Source of the DNA: Octopus vulgaris
Lineage: Eukaryota
Assembly (NCBI GenBank): GCA_951406725.2
Contig: OX597829.1
Span: 39,184,001 to 39,248,000, forward strand
Length of the DNA: 64,000 bases
Direction of reading: 5' to 3'
Part shown: positions 12,358 through 26,190 of the stretch, piece by piece
Position numbering within the stretch: position 1 is the stretch's first letter
Layout: the number at the start of each line of letters is the position of its first letter
Notes under the pieces: model-generated
Database searches by the model: none
What the model was told of the DNA's origin: nothing
Seen by the model: the letters and a program-made list of their open reading frames with translations, nothing else
Made by a program: the position numbers and the translations under genes

Positions 12358-13270
12358 TTAGTGATATTGAATATCTGAAGAAAGTTTGGGAGAATATGAA
12401 GGGAATGGGGGGAAGAATCGAATATCAACATGTCCAGATGATATCTCGCAAAACAGCAGCAGTAGATGTTTCCTTGGATCTTCCAATGTATATGTGTGTG
12501 TGTGTGTGTGTGTGCTGTGCACATGAAAGAGAAACTGAAAGGAAAGATAAAAAGGAAAAAAAAAAAGAAAAGAGTAAGGAGGAGAGAAAGAAAGATGGAA
12601 AAATAGATGGCAGAAGAGAAATAAAGGAGAGTTAGAATGAGGGGGAAGGGGGGAGACTGAAGAGAAAAGGAAAAAAAAGGGAGACTAGAAAACAGGGAAA
12701 GAAAGGCAAGAAGGAGAAATAAAAATGTAGATAGTATGGGAAGGTGGGGGAGAGAAAATTGAGTGAGTGATTGTATGAGTGGTGGTGGTGGGAGGAGGGG
12801 GTAAGCATCCTTGAAAAAAAAAAAAGAGTGTACTTCTATCTGCATGCTAAGGGAGGAAAGGAGAGACATAGAGAGAGAGAGAGTGTGTGTGTGTGTGTGT
12901 GTGTGTGTGCATGAAAATTTGTCTCAAAATTCATTTGCAAATATATGCTTACATTGTGCATTGGGCATGTGTATGACTCGCTTGTTGATAAAGTGAAATC
13001 ATGCGGAAATCAATTAAAGAAAGAAAGGAAAAAGGAAAGGATTAGATTAAAACTGAAATTTCATATCGTACACTGATATCCAACTCGAATTGACAAAAAT
13101 AGAGTTTTTCTTGCTTTGTTTTGTTTTTGTAAAAGAATTTCGATTCAAGTTTGAAATTCAATTTCAGATATATTTGCAATAGTGCTTGGCTTAGATGAAG
13201 AAAGATATAGTTATATATCTTATATATAAAAAGGGAAAAAAAAAAAAAACTTTTAAAAAATAAAAATCTA

Positions 13271-13406
13271 TAGCTTGCTTCCCAACCACATGGTTCTGGG
13301 TTCAGTCCCACTACGTGGCACCTTGGGCAAGTGTCTTCTACTATAGCCTCGGGCTGACCAAAGCCTTGTAAGTGGATTTGGTAGACGGAAACTGAAAGAA
13401 GCCCCT

Positions 13407-13476
<70 letters not shown>

Positions 13477-13784
13477 TGTGTGCTTGTGTGCTTGTGTGCT
13501 TGTGTGCTTGTGTGCTTGTGTGCTTGTGTGCTTGTGTGCTTGTGTGCTTGTGTGCTTGTGTGCTTGTGTGCTTGTGTGCTTGTGTGCTTGTGTTTGTCCC
13601 CCCAACATCGTATGACAACCGATGCTGGTGTGTTTACGTCCCCGTAAATTAGCGGTTCAGCAAAAGAGACCGATAGAATAAGTACTGGGCTTACAAAAGA
13701 ATAAGTCCTGGGGGTTGATTTGCTCGACTAAAGGCGGTGCTCCAGCATGGCCACAGTCAAATGACAAACAAGTAAAAGAGTAAA
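13271..13784 (+). mobile_element. SINE family A with expanded internal (TG)n and (GTGTGCTT)n
   Basis: Family homology on both sides of the satellite at 13410-13590. Confidence 0.9.
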
Positions 13785-13921
13785 CCAATAATAATAGGTG
13801 AAGGTGTGGCTGGGTGGGCAGGTAAGAAGCTCAGTTCCACAGCATGGTACCTTGGGCAAGCATCTTCTATAGCCCAAGGCTAACCACTGCCTTGTGAGTT
13901 GATTTGATAAACAGAAACAGA

Positions 13922-14008
<87 letters not shown>

Positions 14009-14481
14009 CCCTTCACCACTTAACCAGTCTTGGCTTGTTTTTATATCTTCATAACTTAGCAGTCTGACAAAAGAGACAAACAGAATATGTACTAGACTTA
14101 AAATTAACCTCAGTACTTTTTTTTTTTCTTTATTTGACTAAATACCCTTCAAGGTATTGCCCCAGCATGGTCACAGTGAAATGACTGAAACGAGTAAAAG
14201 ATAAAACCACTTAACCCCGCCAAGTATTTTTAACAAGTACCAGTCATTATCTGTGGCCACGAAAATAATCATATTTTGTTGATAAATGTGTGACATCCTG
14301 TCTGGTGTTATAACACATTTAGTATTTGAAACATTCAACATTTCTACTTTTAAATGACTCCAGATAGTCTCTATAGGAACATATGACACATAATCTTAAA
14401 TATTCATGAGTGTTAGTATTATATATGTGTGTGTGTGTGTACATAAATTGTGTGTGCATTATTATACACACACACACACAC

Positions 14482-14703
14482 ACATTGTTGTAGAGCTGAA
14501 AACGAGGTCATTTATACTCCTCTCCTCTGGAAGCCATCTGCTTGCGATACCACAGGGTGCACACTCTCCTACCCTGATGTAATCTCCAGGGATACAGGCA
14601 TCCAGCAACAGGACCTCCGTAATGCTATGATGGACCGTGAAGTCTGGCGTAACATAGTAAATTCCATTGTCTCGATCACGGTCGAACAAGGATAATGATG
14701 ATG
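14482..14703 (+). mobile_element. 3' end of a second RTE-like LINE family
   Basis: HCCRAENEVIYTPLLWKP...YPDVISRDTG...DLRNAMMDREVWRNIV followed by stop and a (GAT)n tail; DRxxW is typical of RTE C-termini. Confidence 0.75.
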
Positions 14704-15269
14704 TGTGTGCACCCTGACAACTACTGGACTAGTGGCACTTGTCACACAAGATCAACACAAATTTGAAAGCCGAACAATGTGGGACTGGCTCTACATAAAC
14801 CGGCCCATCATTTAATATCTGTTTTTCCATGCTGGCATGGGTTGGACGGTTCTACAGGAACTAGTGGACCACAAGACTGCACCTTTGCACGCTAATATTC
14901 ATTACACAGGATGTTCAAGCAATCCAGGAAACTAGCACCAATATTATCGTGCATTCTTCATAAGTCCAATGGCAAATAGGAAAAGGATCAGATACAGGAA
15001 AGTCCTGGAAGGCTCCAAATTTCACCCTGCACACAAATGGCCAATGGGTGATGGCCATTTCCTACAGACCTCTATGAACACCATGCAGTTGTATTTTGCT
15101 AAACCATTATTCATTTAAATGATGTGAGTCCACACACACACACACACAGTCTTAAAGCTGAAGACCAGAAGCAGCACTGCATTTTAGATATTTTTTATGT
15201 ATAATGTATTTCAGCCATCAGAGCCCAAGTCATACTGGAGCATCAAGTACAGCACTGAATGCTTAAATT

Positions 15270-15870
15270 GCAAAGAGAAAAAGAAGGAGAAAAGAGTGAG
15301 AGAGAAGAGAGAGAGGAGAAGAAGAAAGAGAAAAGAGAAAAGAGAAAGAAGAGAAAAAGAGAAAGAAGAGAAAAAGAGAAAGAAGAGAAAAAGAGAAAGA
15401 AGAGAAAAAGAGAAAGAAGAGAAAAAGAGAAAGAAGAGAAAAAGAGAAAGAAGAGAAAAAGAGAAAGAAGAGAAAAAGAGAAAGAAGAGAAAAAGAGAAA
15501 GAAGAGAAAAAGAGAAAGAAGAGAAAAAGAGAAAGAAGAGAAAAAGAGAAAGAAGAGAAAAAGAGAAAGAAGAGAAAAAGAGAAAAGAGAGAGAGAAAAG
15601 GAGAAAAGAGAAAGAGAGGAAAGAGAGAGAGAAAGAGAGAAAAGAGAGAAAGAGAGAAAAGAGAGAAAGAGAGAAAAGGAGAAAAAAGAAAGAGAAAGAA
15701 AAACGAGAAAAAGAAATAGAAAAAGAAAAAAGAAAAAAGAAAAAGAAAAAAGAAAAAGAAAAAGAAAAAGAAAAAGAAAAAGAAAAAAGAAAAAAGAAGA
15801 AAAAAGAAAAAAGAAAAAGAAAAAAGAGGGAGAGAGAGGTGAGAGAGAGGGAAAGAGAGAAGAAAAGAGT
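15270..15870. repeat. Polypurine satellite (17-bp GAGAAAAAGAGAAAGAA units grading into (GAAAAA)n)
   Basis: Seen directly; explains the K/E/R-rich and F/S/L-rich spurious ORFs. Confidence 0.95.
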
Positions 15871-16711
15871 GTGTGTGTTTAACTTGGACAGAAATAACAT
15901 AAGGGATAATCATTTAAATATTCAACATTGGTTTTCTGATGTTTACACCTTTTGTAAACTGATGAAAACACACACACACACACTTAACATGTTTTCCATG
16001 TTGGCATAGATTGGACAGTTCAACAAGAGCTGGCAAACCAGAGGGATCCATCTAGCACCAACATCTGCTTTGGCATGGTTTCTACAGCTTGATGGCCTTC
16101 CTAATGCAAACCCCTTTAAAAAGCATGGAGTGCTTTTCCTTAGCATTAGCACGTACAAGTTCCAAAATAACTCACACAAGACTTCTCAGATGAGGAGCAG
16201 TGCAGTTCTAAATGAAGTGGTTTTGTGTCAGCTGGTGAGAGATCAAAGTATGACAGAGGGATAGGAACAGGTGCCATATTCTAAGAGAGATACATGGTTA
16301 CTCCTGTTGGAAAAGAGAGATGACAATGGTGAATATGTGTCAGAACATATGCTCAAAAGTGTTTCGGTTGGCATATCAACACCACAATGCTTTCTCTAAT
16401 GAGACAAAATCCATAGGGGAATTACTCAAAAAGAACAAGATATTTTATTCATCAGGCGGCCTATCTATACGTCGTTTTAGCAGCAACTTTATTTGGTGTC
16501 TGAGAATTTAGTTTCTTCTTTCCTAGTGATGGCATTTATGATGAAATAAACCAATTCTTGCATAGATGAATTAATGGAACTGATTGCAAGGTATTATTGT
16601 ATCATGGTCAAATACACACACACACACACAAATACACATACTGAAAGCCTGTGCAGTTGCTTGGTCTGAGAGAAATGTCATTCAAAGCACTCCCTATGAC
16701 CTAAAAAAAAT

Positions 16712-17065
16712 TGTAAGGTTCTTTGATATCCCCAATAGTCAGTTAAGGTGAGATAGTGTCACATGACAACTTGCTGGGGCTGCCTGCTGGAGCCTAGCGG
16801 CAGGTATTTAAAGGGGAAAATTTGACAAGTTAGTCAGTCACCGGCTGACACTCACTGACGATACATCGAAGAGGCCAGGGAACAGAAGAAAGACATGCAC
16901 CCAACACCAGAGCTGAAGACACCTCCGAAAGTGGGGGAGACGCCACGTCAAAACAGTAGGGGCCGAAACCGGACGTGGTTCCTCCTGATGATGTCTTGAG
17001 CTAACTGGATCCTAAAAGGAGCTCTTGTGGTAGCAGACCACGAAACACGGTTGTAATTCCTAACA
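16712..17065 (+). mobile_element. Possible solo LTR (TG...CA) with TATA-like box
   Basis: Termini tgtaagg and cctaaca form a 6/7 inverted match; GC-richer than flanks; tatttaaagg at about 16805; no TSD found. Confidence 0.35.
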
Positions 17066-17696
17066 GATACTTATTCGTATTCTTTTACTGGTTTCAGTCA
17101 CAGGACTGTCATATTGGGATAGTGTTTATTTGATGAAATCAACCTCAGTACTTAAGTTTGGTGTTTATTCTATCTTAGCCTTGTTGCTAAAACCACTAAT
17201 ATTTAGGGTTATAAACAAATCAACCCAATTGTCAAGTAGTGATTGACACACACACACACATATTTGAGAGGTTTCCAAAATTTCTTTCTACCAAATTTAC
17301 TTAAAACACATTGGTTAACCTAAGGTTGTAGTAGAGGAGGTGGCTTGCGCAAGGTGCCATGCAGTGGGACTGAACCTGAAACCAACTGGTTGTGAAGTGA
17401 GCTTTAAAATCAATCGTGTCTCCACTCACAGACATGTATATTCATACATATATTCATAGTCTCACACATACACACACACACACACACAAAATGGCTGCTT
17501 GATTTAAATTTCAAATCGAGACAAATTTGTATGACCAAAAATTAAGGCAGCAATACAAAAGACAAGACATACCATGAGGTATATCTACACATTCACGAGC
17601 ACATATATACATATATAATTGTGTATAAGCACATACACATACACACGTGTATGTGTGTGTGTGTGTGTGTGTAGATATATATATTTTTCATATAAT

Positions 17697-18060
17697 TTTA
17701 CTTGTTTCAGTCATCTGACTGTGGCCATGCTGGAGCACCAGCTTTAGTCAAACAAATTGACCCCAGGACTTATTCTCTGTAAGCCTAGTATTTATTCTAT
17801 CGGTTCTCTTTCACTGAACTGCTAAGTTACAAGGACATAAACACACCCGCATTGGCTGACACATACATACAACACTGACACAAATACATACATACACATA
17901 TATATATAGGCTTCTTTCAGTTTCCATCTACCAAATCCACTCACAAGGATTTGGTCAACCCAAGTCTATAGTAGAACACACTTGACCAAGGCTCCACGCA
18001 GTGGGACTGAACCTAGAATCATGTGGTTAAAAAACAAGTTTCTTACCACACAGCCACACT
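17697..18060 (-). mobile_element. SINE family A, degenerate
   Basis: Family homology. Confidence 0.8.
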
Positions 18061-18850
18061 GTGCATATCTTTACATTTTTGCTTTCATCACTGGACTGCA
18101 GCCATTCCTGGATACTACCTTGAAGTTGTTAAATCAATCCCAGTACTTTTTTTTTTTAAATATCTGGTATTTTGATAAACCACTATGTAACAAACACAAT
18201 GGACTTCTTCCAGTTTCCTTCTACCTAATCCACTCACAAGGCCCTGGATAGCTCAGAGCAACAGAAGACACTTGCCCAAGGTGCCATGCAGTGGGACCGA
18301 ACCCAGAACCATGTGATTGGGAAGTAAACTTCTTACTACACAGTCTCACCTTTGTCTCACTCATATACATCAGTTTATTTGTTAACAGAATATGGCAGTC
18401 CTATAAAGGACAATGTTACTGTTATTTAAGTCCTAGGAAAACATCCTTTCCAGCTGGCTATCAACACAGTGTGTCCATATAGTGTTTGCAAGAGGTCATC
18501 GCTTCCATCTCCAGCCTTATGTGATACTCACAGACCATGGTTTCTGAGTGGTTACCCATCCTCAGTGTGAGACAATCACTGGTTGTTGATGAAAGCTTTC
18601 TCCACTCGCAAACACTATATATTCTTTAAGTGACAGTCGCTAATCTAGTTTTAAATCTGCCAACAAGAGATATACAGTAATAGTACTAAATAGTAAAGTT
18701 TATTTGTCAACAATGTGGCGGTCCTATAAAGGACGATGTTACTGTATGTATGTGTGTGTGTGGCTCAAAATTGTGCAAGAAACAACACAGAGACAGGTTA
18801 GGGAACAACAAACAAGGTATATTAGTTTGACGCTCAGGAGAAATGGAAAA

Positions 18851-18886
18851 GTCTGACGTTTCGAGCCTACGCTCTTCTTCAGAAAT
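18851..18886 (-). ncRNA. Minimal hammerhead ribozyme motif in a Penelope-like 3' end fragment (about 18770-18905)
   Basis: Minus attt-CTGAAGA-a-gagc(gtag)gctc-GAAA-cg-TC-agac; same family as 58604-58641. Confidence 0.65.
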
Positions 18887-19329
18887 GGAGAAAGGAAACA
18901 GAGAGAGAAAAATGTGTGGTTTAATGGTTGCACATTGTGTGTGTGTGTGTTATGTATGTATGCATATATATATATATATATATATATACATACATACATA
19001 CACATACATACATACACACTGCGTACATATACACATAATGACTAAGGGAAAGCATATATATTTTATGCCAGTCATTTGACGGTAGCCCAAAATTCAAATT
19101 CTGCAAGACCAACCTTGCCCTATCCTTTCGGTGTCGATATCGTAAGTACCAGATGAGCACAAGTGTCAATGTAATCCTCTAAATTTGGCCTTGTGCTAAA
19201 ATTTGAAACCATTACACAAACACAGGCAACGTACATGTTAATAATAAAAGAATGGAATAGTACCCAATACTGGAGGAGAAATATCTATACACACACACAC
19301 AAACTAGAAGTCCCCTATTTAATTCGTAG

Positions 19330-20338
19330 TAATTTTCGACAAATGGCTTCGAGATACACTGAAGTTTTGAGGGGAGATCGATGTGAGAAACAGAAAGAAT
19401 GAATGAATGTATGAATGAAAAGAGACAAAATATACAAATTATGGATGTCAGATAAAAGAATTCGAAAACAGACTTTATAATTACAACCAGAGAAGTTAAA
19501 TTATATTAAAAATACAGGCACATGCAATTATGTGGGTTCGTGTCCCACGGGTAGCTTTTTAAACTCGATATTTACACGCTTTTATTTATAGCTTTATTTT
19601 CTCCGAGATTCATTGTTCTTATACACACAAAAAATATGTAATATGTATACATTTACATATTACACAGACACACAACCGACTTGGACACAATATTTTTGTA
19701 ATATTATTAAAACATGTTCAGTTTGGTAACACTAGAATGAATTCGAACAAAAGATTAGATATAAAGGGAAAAGAGCGAAAAAGAGATGGTAACGATAAAG
19801 GACAATTAATTATTCAAGGAAGAATTATTTCTCTCGCAACTGCAAAAAACTATATATATATAAATATATATATGAGAGAGAGAGAGAGAGAGAACGAGAA
19901 AGAATTCAGATGTATTTTAATAAAACTCCTAAATGTTTCTCGGTACAAACCGGGTCTTAACTACCTCAGTGTTGCTGATACAATTAATTATGTCACCCAG
20001 CGAGAATACAAACTGATGATACAATTATGTCAACGATAACAAAAGTGTTTTTTTTTTTTTTCTTCTTTAATGTTTCAATCGAATACTCTCTCTCTCTGCT
20101 GCAAACCACACAATTGACATCTTAAAACTTACAAATATATCCATGGTGATAGACCTACAGGTTGCTCGTAAACATTCGGTTTAAGCTTTACTTCTGTATC
20201 CATAGCTCTGTCTGCTTTTCATTATGTGTGTGTACGCGTGTATTTGTGTGTGTGTGTATATATATATATTAGATAATATATCTGTATCCATAGATGTGTC
20301 TGTTTTTCATTATGTGTGTATGTGTGTGTACGCGTGTG

Positions 20339-20375
<37 letters not shown>

Positions 20376-23300
20376 ATGTATATATATATATATTAGATAA
20401 TTTTCATTATTTTTAAATAGAAGTGACGGTAGTGTGACGTTCCCTCAATGTGTGTGTGTGTGTGTGTACACAAACATACATAAAATATATGTGCCCCCTC
20501 CCCATACTATATACGTACATATGCACGAAGAGATATATACACACACACATCCTAACACTAAACATCGACAGACTATATTATATATAATGTTCCCCTCCAC
20601 ATTATATATATATATATATATATACATAGTTCTATCAAACACGATGTCGTTGATCAATAGGAAGAAATAACAGCTTAAATTAGAGGCTTTACTATGTACA
20701 GCAAACATTTTACTGAATCAATGGAGCCACCATAAAGTACTGATATGAGGCACAAGGCTTTATGATATAGCTTCTTTTGTTGAGTAATACATGAACGTAC
20801 GTAGAATTGTACAAATTGCGTATGTGTAAGAGAGAAGAATTAGACAGATACAGAGAATGAGAGAGAGAGACGGCGAGAGACTGGCATACTGTTGATATCC
20901 TGATAATAAACAGGGAAATGCACAACTAGGAAAAAAATATAACATAGCTTCATAACAGACAGACACACACACACATATATATATATATACATACAGACGT
21001 GTGTGAATATACAGATATATACACACGCAACGAATAAGCATCTTCGTGTTCACACGAGCTGCTAGAAATAACAGCCAAATTTCTTGCTTCACATCAAACT
21101 TAAGAGAACACATTGTATATGATCCTAGGTTACCCGCATATAAGAAAAAAGACAGGATGGTCACAAATGGAAGCGCTATAAGTCTACACTCCTTTAGAGC
21201 TGACCTCTAGTTAAAGTTACACACACACACACGTGTGTGTGTGTGTGTGTGTGTGTGTATTAATATTTTGTCTGGGAGCGATGCAGTTACCTAAACAAAT
21301 ATATACGCAATATAATGCATATATTTTTGTCTGAGTATAGTGTTTGTATGAATATAAATCCATGAGTATTTGTCGTGGTGAATACATAATGGAATAAAGT
21401 AAAAATATAAAGTCTTTTTTTTTCTCATTCATTTTCGTGGGGTTTTTTTGTTTTGTTTTTGGTCTTTTATTGTTTGGAGATAAATAGGATAAAAAGCTTT
21501 GTCATAGTAATTTAAATTTATAAAATAAAGGAAAAAAAAAACAGGAAACAGTTGAACAATTAAATATCAATTAGAGGAATAATATATTTCTATTAAGGCA
21601 ACAACGTTTAATAAATGCATTGAGTTCAGACAAAACATTGATGGGTGTACATAATGACAATTCAAGAGAAAAATACACTAGTTACACACACACATATTTA
21701 TATTTATGTGTGCAGTATATCTGTATACTAATTTACATGTTCATATGAAATGAATGTGTGTGTATATGTGTGTACACACACTTATACATACCTGAATGTG
21801 CGTTCATGTGTAAGCATATATATGTGTGGGTACATGAGCGTGTATATAATGTATAAAAATATACATATGTATACGTACATGAATGTACGTTTATGTGCAA
21901 GCACATATGTATTTAAATATATGTGGGTATAATGCAAAGTATATACATATATATATATATAAATACATATACACATATATACATACATGAATGTACGTTC
22001 ATGTGCACATATGTAATTGTATATGGGTATATGTGTGTATATAACAAAATGTATGTATATATATATAAGTACATATCTATATAGACACGTATTCATTTTT
22101 GTAATTGTGTTTGTATATATATATACACCCTTTTAGATATGTGGGTGGGTGTATATATGTGGGTGTACATATAACTGTATATGCAGTATATACATAAATG
22201 TTCATTTGTATGAGTATATATATGCTTGTGCATATGTGTATACAGTGTATATAAGTGTATACAGTGTATATAGTATGCGTATACAGTGTATGTATATATG
22301 TGTTTTCAGATATATATGGGTGAATGTATATATATATGGGTATATGTATATATAACAAAATTTTGAACTATATATAAATTAACATAATAATAATAATTTG
22401 CTGAAAAACGAATGAAACAACAGACATTTGGAAACACATTTTAAAAAGACAAAATAGAAAGTGGTCTTGTCTTCATTGATATGGAGAAAGATAGAAAGAG
22501 AAAATGAATAAAAAAAAACGAAAAAGAACGTGTAGAACATTAATACATTATTAATGAAAGAAAAAAATAGGAAAAATGATTACAAGAAGAAGAAATAAAT
22601 ACGTACCGTTAGAAATTAGACGGCTATTTTAATTGGTGTATAAAATATGGTGCAACTGATATGATTTATGTCTTGTTTTCGTTCGTTTTATGCTTTTTTT
22701 TCTCTTTTCACTACTGAGACATTAAGCTAAATGAATCTAACGGTTTCGGCTACCATATCTCACCTTTGCTACGTTGTTGAATGTATGAGTGTGTAAAAAA
22801 AAAAAAAGCAAGGTGCGTGCGAATGTGTAGATGAGAGTTTGCGTTAAAACTTCAGTGTGAGAATGTGTCACTCATCCAAGTGGCGTGCGTTTTATGGATG
22901 CAGAGAGTTATCTCCCTTGTTTCTCTGGTATTGTCAACAACAGCAGCAGCAGCAGCAGCCACGAGCCGACCGGTTGAGCTACAATGCTAGAAATAGAAGG
23001 CAGATCTCCTTCATATTATCTTTACCGTCTTAGATGGTGACAGGACCCGTCAGATAATGTAGTTTTAGGCAATCCTTAAAATATGAAGTGATGGAATGGT
23101 CGCAGCTGGAATACTTCTGATCAATATGTCTGCTCGTTCAGAGTTGACCAAGGGCTAAACAGCAGCAGCAGCAGCAGCGGTGCCTATCGACGTAGCAGTC
23201 GCATCGCTTTTCATTTTCTGCGTGTCTATCTCTACTGCGGTTAACAAACTGTTGCTATTTCTTGATGAATGGTTTTGATGATTGTGATGATAGTAATGAT

Positions 23301-23900
23301 TGTCTGTTCAATAACTTATAATGGGCAAAGTGCAAACCATGGTAATATGCAGGGGGAAAGTGTGATAACACCAACCGTTATTCAACAGAAGCTCACCGTT
23401 GCCGAGCGTAAATGTTATAATAGATAGATAGCAATTATTTATTTATTTGAGAAATAAGTTAGTTGTTATGAAAAGAAAAAAAATATTGCTATTGTATGCT
23501 GCAATTAGAGTTTATTGTAGCTATTGCTCGTATGTGTGTGTGTGTGTGTGTGCAAGCAACAAGGTATTGTGTGTGTGTGTGTGTATGTATAAATACATAA
23601 GTATTTTTTTTTCATTTTTTTTCTTTTTTGTATTTGAATAGTGTTGTGAGATTCTTGAAGTGAAACCGCATGTTAAAAACTGATTTCATTATACAAGTAG
23701 GAGTGGGAACTGTTGACAATTAAAACGTACGCAGTGATTGTAATTTCACTTCAGTTCTATCAGTCAATTAGATAATTAGTTCATTAATTAATTTATTGGC
23801 TTATCAAAGTTCTTTCTTCACAACCTGTGACTTTATCGATTACTACGTGTACCTCATACATTCTCCTCCATTAATCGTTGTGTGTTTGTGTATTCATATA
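19330..23900 (-). promoter_or_regulatory. SINE-poor, relatively CpG-retaining region; candidate promoter and first exon(s) of a minus-strand host gene
   Basis: Young SINEs absent and CG dinucleotides visibly more frequent. Minus-strand donors AACG|GTACGT (intron from 22606, followed by a T-rich tract) and CACCATGGATATATTT|GTAAGT (intron from 20132). Confidence 0.35.
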
Positions 23901-24251
23901 CATAGCCATGATAATGATTTTTATCACCCAATCACACTTAATGACACCCACCCCATCGACACCAATTCGTCGTAAGAAATGCCCACCCACGTGCCCGTAA
24001 TGTTAATTGCATCAACGCATTCACACCCTGCCACCAACTTTGACCATTTGCCCTTCTCCCTCATCGTCTTCCCCCACTTGTCTCTTTAACAATCCATCAT
24101 GCGTTCCTTCAACCTACTTCGTATAGACAGACCAATGTTTGTCACCTATGGACTCCCTTTGATTCCGATCTTACTCAGACGGACCCTTATAACCTTTCAA
24201 TATCTTGAAAAATCTAATATTTTTATAATTAAATATTATTAGGAATTGTAT

Positions 24252-24417
24252 ACTCTTTTACTTGTTTCAGTCATTTGACTGCGGCCATGCTGGAGCACTG
24301 CCTTTAGGGATTTATTCTTTGTAAGCCTAGTACTTGTCCTATCGATCTCTTTTGATGAACCGCTAATTTACGGGGACGTAAGCACACCAGCATTGGTTGT
24401 CAAGCAATGTTGGGGGA

Positions 24418-24465
<48 letters not shown>

Positions 24466-24633
24466 CATATACACGACGGGCTTCTTTCAGTTTCCCTCTA
24501 CCAAATCCACTCACAAGGCTTTTGGTCAGCCCGAGGCTATAGTAGAAGACACTTACCAAAGGTGCGACGCAGTGGGACTTAACCCGGAACCATGTGGTTG
24601 ATAAGCAAGCTACTTACCACACAGCCACTCCTG
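24252..24633 (-). mobile_element. SINE family A
   Basis: Family homology. Confidence 0.9.
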
Positions 24634-24648
24634 TACCTCCTGTATATA

Positions 24649-25055
24649 CTCTTTACTCTTTTACTTGTTTCAGTCATTTGACTGCGGCCATGCTGGAGCA
24701 CCGCCTTTAATCAAGCAACTCGACCCCGAGACTTATTCTTTTGTAAGCCCAGTACTTATTCTATCGGTCTCTTTTGCTGAACCGCTAGGTAACGGGGACG
24801 TAAACACACCAGCATCGGTTGTCAAGCAATGCTTGGGGGACAAACACAAACACACAAACATACACGTACACACATATATATATACATATATACGACGGGC
24901 TTCTTTCAGTTTCCGTCTACCAAATCCACTCACAAGGCATTGGTCAGCCCGGGGCTATAGCAGAAGACACTTGCCCAAGGTGCCACGCAGTGGGACTGAA
25001 CCCGGAACCATGTGATTGGTTAGCAAGCTACTTACCACACAGCCACTCCTGCGCC
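24649..25055 (-). mobile_element. SINE family A, full length, head-to-tail with the previous copy
   Basis: Head ggcgcaggagtggctgtgtggtaag on the minus strand at 25055. Confidence 0.92.
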
Positions 25056-25129
25056 TATGTGTAATATTTTCATTTATATAAATGTTAAATCATATCAAAT
25101 GTGTGTCAAGGAAGATAAAATAGTGTAGT

Positions 25130-25254
25130 CAGCTAGTGCTAGGAACATAAATTGTGACTAAGGTTTGGTGGAAGATTTTAATACAAAACTTATGAAAACA
25201 AGACATTTGTACTCAGAGCCAGAGCCGGTTTCAGCCGGGTTGGTAACGAAAGGG
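25130..25254 (-). mobile_element. Partial TTAA MITE, family 2
   Basis: Ends GGTAACGAAAGGG-TTAA; reverse complement of the first half of 41183-41403. Confidence 0.75.
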
Positions 25255-25389
25255 TTAAAGAGTATATCACAACAGGCATTGACTGATTGAGCAGAGATGT
25301 GATTTAAGCCAAAATAGGAGAATTAATGGAAAATATTATAGAAACATTTCTCTTGAATATAGAAACATTTCTCTTGGCCCCAGCTGACA

Positions 25390-25900
25390 AAATGGAAAGG
25401 CATTGCCCCAGAGGATGATGAGTCACTCTGACTCACAGGGTTCGCAATTACGGACAGTAATCTTCACCCCAATAATGACCAGCAAGCATATGGCCCAGGG
25501 ACCAACAATGCTGGAGGTTTCAACTGCTACAGGCTCAACCATAAATCTGCTGGAGAGTTTGTTTTTCTCAGCCTGGGCTGGTAGCTGACAACACCAAGTT
25601 GCTGCTGGAGAAGGTGTCATAGCATGTTACATCCCAGATGAGAGATCTAGCACCACAGAACAGGAAAATTGTCATGCCATTCCCTCAAACTGGGAAGGGA
25701 AGCCTGTGACATCTAGGCCATGCTTTATGATCTTGAATGAAAGGTGGCATGGTGTGGAAGATGGCCAACACTGTGATGGCATGACAGTGGATGGAGGCCA
25801 AAAGAATCCACAGTAGATCCACAGCAGGATTCCTGAGGCTCACAAATCTGGAGACCATACCTCAGGGAAATGCCAATGTGCAAGCAGTCACTTGATAAAG
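25390..25900 (-). mobile_element. Decayed CRE-like non-LTR retrotransposon C-terminus (zinc knuckle plus restriction-like endonuclease)
   Basis: Pieced translation LHIGISLRYGLQICEPQESCCGSTVDSFGLHPLSCHHSVGHLPHH...IIKHGL...GMTIF...RSLIWDVTCYDT...PVAVETSSIVGP...WGNA follows the CRE pattern CxCG..VD..GxHxLSC..RH / WDVTCxDT / PxAxETxG / RGNA. Confidence 0.75.
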
Positions 25901-26021
25901 AGTATCACCTAAAATATTAGATTCTCTTCTATTTCTTTTTCACTGAATATTTCTTTCAATATTATTTTATCTATTTTCATAAAGTGGCGAGCTGGTGGAA
26001 TTGTTAACATGCTGGGTGAAA

Positions 26022-26190
26022 TCTATATATATATAAGCGGTAAAATGTCTGTCTGTGTGTGTGTCCTTTATACAAATTCACAATTTTTCAGTTAGAGGAC
26101 TCGCACCTTCTATGGTCATTCAAAACCGTCTGAGGGTGGTCGTGCACATCTTTACATTTCTGAGGGTGGTCGTGCACATCTTTACATTTC
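26022..26190 (+). mobile_element. 5' part of the non-autonomous Helitron family, with a 31-bp internal tandem duplication
   Basis: A|TC start; homologous to the 5' end of 44596-44959. Confidence 0.7.

Noticed and set aside
15197-16009. Longest ORFs in the track (270-aa K/E/R-rich and antisense F/S/L-rich)
   Set aside because: Translations of a polypurine satellite that is open in several frames on both strands.
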